A stretch of 64,000 nt of DNA from SAR202 cluster bacterium (lineage in GTDB: Bacteria; Chloroflexota; Dehalococcoidia; Lucifugimonadales; UBA826): positions 11,963 to 75,962 of the forward strand of contig JAKUTY010000002.1 of the NCBI GenBank assembly GCA_022447825.1, written 5' to 3'. A program made the translations under genes and the position numbers. Below are positions 57,431 through 64,000 of this stretch, piece by piece (position 1 is the stretch's first letter; the number at the start of each line of letters is the position of its first letter). The notes beneath the pieces are model-generated. The model had not been told where the DNA came from, did no database searches, and saw only the letters and a list, made by a program, of their open reading frames with translations.

Positions 57431-58814
57431 TGTACTGTCTGTAATTTGGTGCTGTGATTTCTATACATATTCCTATAGAAGGATCGGCTATTCTAGAAGC
57501 AGTAGCATTATTTTGATTTGTTACTTCTAGAGGAATGTTTTTTCGAGAAGTAATAATAGTTGTAAGTCGATGGTCATGCCTGTAAGCAATTAATTGAAAA
57601 AGCTTTTCTTTTCCCCAATCTGTAATTACTCCAGAGCCTAAATCATCTAATATTAGAACTTGACTCTGTTTTATTTCTTCAAAAATACTATCTCCATCAA
57701 GTTGGTTTCTAGGATCATTAGATTTTCTTAAATAATCTATCATGTCAGGAGTTCTGAAGAATAAAACTTCTAAGTCTTGCTTTAAGAGTTCGTTTCCTAT
57801 AGCGACAGCTAAATGAGTTTTTCCAACTCCAGTAGTATTATCGCTCCAAAAGCAAAGCCAAGTATCTTTTGGCTCGGATACAAATTCTTTAGCTGTTTTT
57901 AGAGAGCCAGTTAAATTACTTACAACTGATTGGGGTGCTGCAGATCCTTGTGCCCCAGAAACCTTGAAATTTTCAAATGAAAAATTCTTGAAACTTTTTG
58001 GTATTTGTCCAAAATTATTATTTTGTAAAAAGTATGTATTTTTTAAATTGCCAGTATTAATTAATTGGTTAGTATTATTAGACTTTAACCTGCTTTGTAA
58101 GTATGGATCTAAATTAGAAATGTTCTCTGATGTTGTAATAACAGTTGGGAGGTTTTTTATGTTTCTATGGTTCAATATTTGTAATATTTTTTCAGATGCC
58201 CATGTAGAGTTACTTGTTTTTGAGATTCCATCGAGAATTAAGACAGGGTAATTACGAATCTGATCAAGTAAATCATCATATAGAAATGTTTCGGGATTTT
58301 GAAATACTGATCTGAATCTATCAAGTAAATCTGGTAAAAACATAAAAAGTACTGAATCGCCATTTTGAATGCATTGATTGCCTATTGCTGCTGCTAAATA
58401 GGTTTTTCCTGATCCGTTCGGCCCTTGGATAGTCAGCCATCCGGACGGGTTTTTGGAATATTTTTTTGAAACTTTTAATGCTTCTCTAAATTTTTCAACA
58501 TTATCTTTCCCTTCTAAATTTCCTTTTGATTGTATGTTTTCAAAAGTTAGATGAGACATTGCCTCTAAATTACTATATTCAATACGTTTTTGGATAATTT
58601 CAGGGTTGTGAGCACTTTTTTTACATGAAGGGCAAACAATTAAATCTCCAAAGTTTTCGTGCCAAATTGGTACTGTAGATGTTAGCCAGCCTTTGTCTTG
58701 GCACTCGTCACATTTAAACACTACTGGTTTTATCTCGGAGTTTTTTTTATTTGTAGGATCTAACGAAGGGTTAGAAGCTTTGAGTTTTTCTAGAATTTGT
58801 TGCAGATTCTGCAC
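57423..58814 (-). CDS. helicase-loader-like protein: zinc ribbon plus two tandem DnaC/DnaI-type AAA+ modules
   Basis: CDEC...CPSC zinc ribbon. Module 1: TFENI, GPNGSGKT, VLILDG. Module 2: SFENF, TTGVGKTH, VLILDDLG. The likely start is GTG 58814, 7 nt after AAGGA (58826-58822). The track's ATG 58943 would overlap the upstream gene by 173 nt. Confidence 0.65.
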   Translation of the reverse strand: MQNLQQILEKLKASNPSLDPTNKKNSEIKPVVFKCDECQDKGWLTSTVPIWHENFGDLIVCPSCKKSAHNPEIIQKRIEYSNLEAMSHLTFENIQSKGNLEGKDNVEKFREALKVSKKYSKNPSGWLTIQGPNGSGKTYLAAAIGNQCIQNGDSVLFMFLPDLLDRFRSVFQNPETFLYDDLLDQIRNYPVLILDGISKTSNSTWASEKILQILNHRNIKNLPTVITTSENISNLDPYLQSRLKSNNTNQLINTGNLKNTYFLQNNNFGQIPKSFKNFSFENFKVSGAQGSAAPQSVVSNLTGSLKTAKEFVSEPKDTWLCFWSDNTTGVGKTHLAVAIGNELLKQDLEVLFFRTPDMIDYLRKSNDPRNQLDGDSIFEEIKQSQVLILDDLGSGVITDWGKEKLFQLIAYRHDHRLTTIITSRKNIPLEVTNQNNATASRIADPSIGICIEITAPNYRQYNG

Positions 58815-59424
58815 TATATTTTCCTTGTATATTCCATTTGGTAAGTATAGATGAGATATAGGACCAATTTCTTTTGTTATTTTTGACAGCTTCACTGAAT
58901 GCTTCATTGATCCAGTCTGATGGATAAATTTCTTCTGCTTCACGTAATTTTTCAGCTATTATTGGTGTTAATGTAGAGATATTTTGTTCGTAAAGAGTGA
59001 AAATATTGGGAGTAAGTTCATCAGCTTCCCATGGTTCTAATGATTCATCTGGATTTGCTGAGAATCCATGGGGGATATTTCTATTAAATTTTGTGTTTAA
59101 AAGATAACTTGTTTCTTGATTAGATTTTGAGACAACTTGAATGATTAATTCTAGGGTAATTAAGTTATTTAATGAATTTTTAATGATCTGCTTTTTGTCG
59201 GATTGAGGATGGGTTTTTTGTAATGTTCTCATCAGAATTCTGTCAGATAATAGTTCGTCAATTGAACAAAATAGATATTTACCTTTTTTGGTTTGGCTCA
59301 AATAAATTACTCTTAATAATATTTTGAAATCTGTGATATCTTCAATGTTTTCTAATATTTGATTGAATATATTTACTGGAAGTCCTAAATATTTGGTTGA
59401 GTCAGGGAATCCTTTTGATTGCAT
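58771..59424 (-). CDS. DnaD/DnaB_2-domain replication initiation protein
   Basis: C-terminal NIFTLYEQNISTLTPIIAEKL...AVKNNKRNWSYISSILTKW matches the DnaD C-terminal (DnaB_2) domain. Located between dnaB and the loader. Confidence 0.7.
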   Translation of the reverse strand: MQSKGFPDSTKYLGLPVNIFNQILENIEDITDFKILLRVIYLSQTKKGKYLFCSIDELLSDRILMRTLQKTHPQSDKKQIIKNSLNNLITLELIIQVVSKSNQETSYLLNTKFNRNIPHGFSANPDESLEPWEADELTPNIFTLYEQNISTLTPIIAEKLREAEEIYPSDWINEAFSEAVKNNKRNWSYISSILTKWNIQGKYSAESATNSRKTQSF

Positions 59425-59433
59425 TACATTCCT

Positions 59434-60798
59434 TTAATTTTGTGGGTAGTAAGCTAGATTTTCAAATTTTACCAAGTTTTCTTGGAAAAATAATTTGATG
59501 TTTCCAGTTCTTCCGTTACGATGTTTCGCAATTATGATCTCTGCTATATTTTCAGGGTACGGTTGTCCAGGATTTTTCTTTTCCCAGGCTTCTTCGTCTA
59601 TATATCTATCTTCTCTGTGTATGAAAGACACAATATCTGCGTCTTGTTCTATACTTCCACTTTCTCTTAAATCTGATAATAGTGGTCTGTGATCAGGTCT
59701 ATGCTCTATTGCACGGCTTAACTGTGAGCAAGCTATTACGGGTACATTTAAATCTCTGGCTATGCCTTTGAGAGATCGTGAAATTTCTCCCATTTCCTGT
59801 ACCCTATTTCCAGATCGGTAATCGCCATTTCCATTGATTAGCTGTAAATAATCTACTATTAATAAGTCTAATCCAATTTCTGCTTGAAGTCTTCTAGCCT
59901 TACTTCGCATTTCGACTATAGTTTGAAATGGAGTGTCGTCAATGTATAGAGGTATTTCAGATAGAGTTCCAATTGACTCAAAAACTTTTTGCATTTCAGC
60001 ATCATTTACTACTGAAAGCCTTAGTCTACTACTGTCAACTCCAGACTCACTAGATAAAAGCCTTACTGCAATTTGTTCTTTACTCATTTCTAAACTAAAT
60101 ATGCCAACATTGTTTCCCTGTAATGCTGCATTAGCGGCAATATTAAAGGCTAGGCTACTTTTCCCCAAACTGGGTCTTGCTGCAATAATAACCAAGTCTG
60201 ATCTTTGGAGTCCTCCTCCTAAAATTTCATCAAATTGATTAAAGCCACTAGCTACAGGAGCTAATGAGTTAACATCGGGTCCTTGAGTGGTTTCTTCTAG
60301 GAAAACATCTAAAACTTCACTGAGGCTTGAAAAATCTCGTGATCCTCTATCTGATCTGACTTGAAACAATAATTCCTCAGCTTTACTAAGGGAATCATCC
60401 ATGTCAGGACTGCTTTCGAATCCGATTTCAGCAATAGAATTAGATGTGGAAATCAATTTTCTCATTACTGCAGTTCTGTGCACAATTTCTGCGTAATGAA
60501 TAATGTGAGCTGGAGTGGGAACTATATCAGGGAGTTCGTTTAATCTTTCCATGCCGCCGATTAACTCTAATTGACCTTGAATTCTTAATTCATGTGCAAC
60601 AGTTATTTGATTAATGGCTTCATTTCTAGAAATAAGGTTGATGCATGCTTCATAGCAGAGTTTATTTCTTTCATAAAAAAAATCTTCTGATTTTAGAAAC
60701 GAAGAAACTTTAGTCAGAGAATCTCCGTCAAGCAGTAGTGATCCTAAAACAGAATCTTCTGCTTCAGAGTTATGAGGTTGAACTCTGTCTGAGTACAT
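59434..60798 (-). CDS. dnaB: replicative DNA helicase
   Basis: PHNSEAEDSVLGSLL N-terminus, Walker A ARPSLGKS and DYLQL Walker B region; 454 aa; no intein. Confidence 0.95.
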   Translation of the reverse strand: MYSDRVQPHNSEAEDSVLGSLLLDGDSLTKVSSFLKSEDFFYERNKLCYEACINLISRNEAINQITVAHELRIQGQLELIGGMERLNELPDIVPTPAHIIHYAEIVHRTAVMRKLISTSNSIAEIGFESSPDMDDSLSKAEELLFQVRSDRGSRDFSSLSEVLDVFLEETTQGPDVNSLAPVASGFNQFDEILGGGLQRSDLVIIAARPSLGKSSLAFNIAANAALQGNNVGIFSLEMSKEQIAVRLLSSESGVDSSRLRLSVVNDAEMQKVFESIGTLSEIPLYIDDTPFQTIVEMRSKARRLQAEIGLDLLIVDYLQLINGNGDYRSGNRVQEMGEISRSLKGIARDLNVPVIACSQLSRAIEHRPDHRPLLSDLRESGSIEQDADIVSFIHREDRYIDEEAWEKKNPGQPYPENIAEIIIAKHRNGRTGNIKLFFQENLVKFENLAYYPQN

Positions 60799-60833
60799 GA
60801 AAGCTCCTAATCCAAATGATTTGCATTAGGATA

Positions 60834-61430
60834 TTATGATATTTCTTGGTCGTCTGTCTCTATGTTTGAATTAGAATCTGTGTCAATTTGGTCTTCATTT
60901 TCTTCTGATGATTCAATTTCTTGAAGATCTGCAGTTGAATCTAAATCATCCTGATCTTCTTCAAACTCTGAAATAGGATCTGCTCCATCTGCATGTACTA
61001 TCACAGAAATTTGTGCTGACACTTCGGGATGTAATCTGACAGGTACTTCAAATGTTCCTAAATCCCTGATTGGGTCATCAAGCTGAACTAACCTTCTCTC
61101 TAATGTTCTACCAGTAATTACAGATACCTCATCAGCTATCATTGTGCCTGTTACAGAACCATAGAGCCGTCCATTTGCTCCTGCACGGACTGGAATTGCT
61201 ATTTCAGTACCGTCTATGGCCGATGCTAACTCTTTCATGTCTTGAAGCATTTTTAGTCTATCTACTTGAGCCTGCTCGGTTAATTTCTTGATTCTTTGTA
61301 GGTTGTTATGAGTTGCAGGAGCAGCTAATTGTTGAGGTATTAAGTAATTTCTTGCAAAGCCGTTTTTAACTTCTTTAACTTCTCCACCGTGTGCGACTCC
61401 TTCTACGTCTGTTAAAAATACTACTTCCAT
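60834..61430 (-). CDS. rplI: 50S ribosomal protein L9 with acidic C-terminal extension
   Basis: MEVVFLTDVEGVAHGGEVKEVKNGFARNYLIP N-domain. An extra acidic tail of about 50 aa. Confidence 0.9.
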   Translation of the reverse strand: MEVVFLTDVEGVAHGGEVKEVKNGFARNYLIPQQLAAPATHNNLQRIKKLTEQAQVDRLKMLQDMKELASAIDGTEIAIPVRAGANGRLYGSVTGTMIADEVSVITGRTLERRLVQLDDPIRDLGTFEVPVRLHPEVSAQISVIVHADGADPISEFEEDQDDLDSTADLQEIESSEENEDQIDTDSNSNIETDDQEIS

Positions 61431-61499
61431 GAATTTTTCCTAATTTTCTATTTTTTGTGGATTGGAATTATAACATAGCTAAAGCAAAACTCAGGAGAT

Positions 61500-61790
61500 T
61501 TATTCATCATCATCATCTATAACTTTATATTCACCTTCTACGACATTATGGTTTTGACTATCATTCTTTTTATTTAAGTAAGGAAATGCTTTTGTCAAAA
61601 AAAATATTATGGATAATCCAATAATGAAAATATCATCTATCCAGCCGAGTAAGGGGATGAAATCAGGTAAAAAATCTAATGGGAGTATTAGGTAAATGAT
61701 TCCTAATAAAGGAATTAGTTTGAGTTTAAATGGGATTGTTTTGTTAAAAAACAACTTAGTAAAGTTTTTAATTAAAAATATAGATTTCAC
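61500..61790 (-). CDS. DUF1232 (YkvA-like) membrane protein
   Basis: YLILPLDFLPDFIPLLGWIDD motif typical of DUF1232. Confidence 0.7.
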   Translation of the reverse strand: MKSIFLIKNFTKLFFNKTIPFKLKLIPLLGIIYLILPLDFLPDFIPLLGWIDDIFIIGLSIIFFLTKAFPYLNKKNDSQNHNVVEGEYKVIDDDDE

Positions 61791-61857
61791 AACATTGATC
61801 CGTTAGTTAATTTATAATCAGTTTAATTTTAAAGCAATTTTGATTGGGTTGGAATAA

Positions 61858-62817
61858 TTGAAAAATACATCAGTTTTGTTACATGGAGCTAATGAATATT
61901 TAATTTCTAAAAAGATTTTGGAAATTCGTGACAATATAGAACCTGTTGATTTGATGGATGTGAATTTTGTGCAAATTGATGCTAAGTCTTCATCAATAGA
62001 CGAGATAATTAATGCGTGTTGTACAGTCCCTTTTATGACTAATTACAGGGTAGTCTTAGTTAATTTTTTATCAGATCTAATTAAATCTGATAAATCTTAT
62101 GATTGGAAAAGTTTATCTGATCAAATCAGTAATTTCCCAGAATCTACATTCGTTATTTTTAGAGAAAATGAGTTAAATAAAACCGATTCTGTTTTTAAGT
62201 TTTTGGCTGATTCAGTCACTGAGAGTAACTTTGAGAATTTTAAATATCCTGAATTACTTGAATGGGCTAAAACTCGATTCGATAATTTGGGTGTGATAAT
62301 TGATTCTAAAGCTTTAGCTTTGTTAGTAGAATCTGTAGGGAGTGATTTGCGATTGCTAGATTCAGAGATTCAAAAACTTTCTATGTATAAGCCTTCTGAA
62401 ATGATTACAGCTAAAGATATAGATGATTTAGTTGCGTATGTGAAAGAGCAAAGTATATTCAAATTAGTTGATTCTGCTATAGATGGAAATATTACACACT
62501 CTTTAAATCTTGTAAGGTCTTTAATTGATTCTGGTCAGTCAGTTACATTTATAAAAAGAATGATAGAAAGGCAAGTAAGGTTGGTGTTGATGGTGAAATC
62601 ACTTAAATCTCAAGGCTTAAATTCAGCTCAAATTGGTCCCAAAATTTCACTTTTTGGATATCCATTACAGAAAACCTTAGAACTTGAATCAAGATTAACT
62701 GAATTGCGTCTAGTAAATATGTATCAGATGATTTTAGATTCTGAAATTAGAGAAAGAAAAGGTGAGATGTCTGAAGAGTTATCATTTGAACTGCTAATTT
62801 ATGAATTAGCAGTTTGA
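61858..62817 (+). CDS. holA: DNA polymerase III delta subunit
   Basis: Length and pattern match HolA (LLHGANEYL N-terminus, SDLRLLDSEIQKL, helical C-domain). TTG start. Confidence 0.75.
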   Translation: MKNTSVLLHGANEYLISKKILEIRDNIEPVDLMDVNFVQIDAKSSSIDEIINACCTVPFMTNYRVVLVNFLSDLIKSDKSYDWKSLSDQISNFPESTFVIFRENELNKTDSVFKFLADSVTESNFENFKYPELLEWAKTRFDNLGVIIDSKALALLVESVGSDLRLLDSEIQKLSMYKPSEMITAKDIDDLVAYVKEQSIFKLVDSAIDGNITHSLNLVRSLIDSGQSVTFIKRMIERQVRLVLMVKSLKSQGLNSAQIGPKISLFGYPLQKTLELESRLTELRLVNMYQMILDSEIRERKGEMSEELSFELLIYELAV

Positions 62818-63485
62818 AGCGTGAATTCTTTAACGTTAGTAGCATAATATTTTCCGGATTTAATTGCCAAAATAAAATCTTCTAAGTTTTTTATATTGTT
62901 TTCAAAATAAGTTGCGTAAGTACCTATATCAGATAATTTGTGTGCATCGCTAGCTCCAGTGCTCGGCATCTTTAATCTAGCGGCTAAGTTTTTTGAGAAT
63001 TCATTTTCTTTAAGTGTTCCCCGACCATTTTTTATCTCTACAGCATCAACTAAACTAAAGGCTTTATTCCTTAAACCTCTATCGATCATTTCATTGTATG
63101 TATCAGGGTCTTGAGGGGCATTTTCTCTGTACACCCTTCTGTAAGGGTGTGCAATAACCATGGCCCCTTTGGCTTCATCAACTAATTCTTTAACAAATGC
63201 TGATTTATGCATTCCGAAAATATATTTTTCAAGACCATAAACTAAAATGTGCCCTTCTTCCGTGGTGACTTCACATCCTGGTATTACTAAAAAATCGTGT
63301 ATTTTACCTAATTGGGTTACGTCTTTAGGGTCCCAAAAGCCATCGTGGTCAGTAATGCAAATACCATCTAGCCCCAGTTGTTTTGACCTGATAATTAATT
63401 CTTCAGGGGACAGTGAGCTATCATCTGAAGTTGGATATGTGTGAGTGTGGATATCGATTAACATTCTAGAAGTATCGTAACCCAA
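62799..63485 (-). CDS. PHP-domain metal-dependent phosphoesterase
   Basis: IDIHTHT N-terminal motif, ICITDHD, and later H/D ligands (AHPY, ASDAH). The start may be ATG 63464. Confidence 0.75.
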   Translation of the reverse strand: MGYDTSRMLIDIHTHTYPTSDDSSLSPEELIIRSKQLGLDGICITDHDGFWDPKDVTQLGKIHDFLVIPGCEVTTEEGHILVYGLEKYIFGMHKSAFVKELVDEAKGAMVIAHPYRRVYRENAPQDPDTYNEMIDRGLRNKAFSLVDAVEIKNGRGTLKENEFSKNLAARLKMPSTGASDAHKLSDIGTYATYFENNIKNLEDFILAIKSGKYYATNVKEFTLQTANS

Positions 63486-63503
63486 AAGCTTGATTTTCTA
63501 AAA

Positions 63504-63538
63504 CTTGAGTTGATGCGACTCAATGTTATTGATATACT
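63504..63538 (+). promoter_or_regulatory. HAIR (HspR operator) overlapping a putative clpB promoter
   Basis: CTTGAGT (63504-63510), N7, ACTCAAT (63518-63524) matches 13/14 positions of the HAIR consensus CTTGAGT-N7-ACTCAAG. TTGATG (63510-63515), 17 nt, TATACT (63533-63538). Confidence 0.6.
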
Positions 63539-63576
63539 GTGATGATAAAAGCTTATTGTATATAGGGTGGTAAGTT

Positions 63577-64000
63577 ATGGTTTTAGGCCCAGATAGATTC
63601 ACGGAACATGCTCAAGAAGTGATTAATTCTGCTCAACAGATATTAATGAGGTATAGGCATAATCAGTTAGATTCTGAACATATTTTGTTGGCTTTAATAG
63701 AGCAAGAAAAAGGTGTTCCCGCAGAAATATTTAAAGAACTTGGCGTTAACTTGGATGTATTGCATGCGAGTTTGCATAAATTATTAGAATCTTCCCCAAA
63801 GGTAGGAGGGCAGAGAAATCAAATTTATCAAACACCTACGGTGGGATTATTGTTTCAGTTAGCTGACTCAGAATCAAAAAGATTCAATGACGAATTTATT
63901 GCAACCGAACATGTTTTAATAGCTTTAGCTGACAAATCAATGCCGTCAACTTCATCAATGCTTGGTGAGTTTTCTGTGACCTCAGAAGAACTATACAAAG
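63577..64000 (+). CDS. clpB: Clp/Hsp100 ATPase N-terminal domain, probably ClpB (3' end cut by window edge)
   Basis: The ATG 63577 ORF is not in the track because it runs off the window. Clp_N repeat pattern (FTEHAQEVINSAQ...SEHILLALIEQ; FNDEFIATEHVLIAL). Confidence 0.8.
   Translation, partial: MVLGPDRFTEHAQEVINSAQQILMRYRHNQLDSEHILLALIEQEKGVPAEIFKELGVNLDVLHASLHKLLESSPKVGGQRNQIYQTPTVGLLFQLADSESKRFNDEFIATEHVLIALADKSMPSTSSMLGEFSVTSEELYK

Noticed and set aside
1-64000. Scanned for tRNA/rRNA genes, CRISPR repeats, tandem repeats, IS elements and toxin-antitoxin pairs.
   Set aside because: Reading by eye found no T-loop (GGTTCGAAT-like) contexts outside CDSs, no regularly spaced repeats and no transposase- or integrase-like ORFs. 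A computational scan is still advisable.

Overview
This is an AT-rich, tightly packed bacterial chromosomal window (about one-third G+C by eye, not computed) with roughly 70 protein genes. By eye I found no rRNA, tRNA, CRISPR array, transposase or integrase. Most genes are core functions: thrB-lysC, trpA-aroH, thyX, rpsF-ssb-rpsR, hom, rsmG, ilvD, ccmC-D-E, hspR-grpE-dnaK, folC-fabF, yceD-rpmF-fabD-nusB-acpP, ruvX-alaS, a DAHP synthase, rplI-dnaB-dnaD-like-dnaC/I-like, holA, and a clpB start cut by the window end. Between them sit accessory enzymes typical of marine oligotrophs: MBL-fold hydrolases, a phosphotriesterase-like protein, FAH, two TPP enzymes, a TcuA-like flavoprotein, an NHL propeller, DUF3500 and several SDRs. 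Phylum cannot be assigned without a database search. The most notable observations follow. (1) An Spx/ArsC-family gene is hidden from standard ORF calling by an in-frame TGA exactly at the first Cys of its CxxC motif, with a SECIS-like hairpin downstream; this is a selenoprotein candidate. (2) A stand-alone OLD-family-like ABC ATPase, whose C-terminal TOPRIM-like module seems to have lost its catalytic acidic residues, lies between housekeeping genes and is the best candidate for an uncharacterised single-gene defence-type system. (3) The replicative helicase loader has two tandem DnaC/DnaI-type AAA+ modules. (4) CcmE carries the CxxxY variant heme-binding motif. (5) A BpsA (DUF43)-like aminopropyltransferase is tightly coupled to a DUF2156 gene, downstream of two permease-less Opp-type ABC ATPases. 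(6) Two genes have conserved N-termini that can only be translated from non-canonical (CTG/ATT/ATA) starts. (7) HAIR-type HspR operators sit in front of both hspR-grpE-dnaK and clpB. All homology calls come from motif recognition in the supplied translations; no searches were run.
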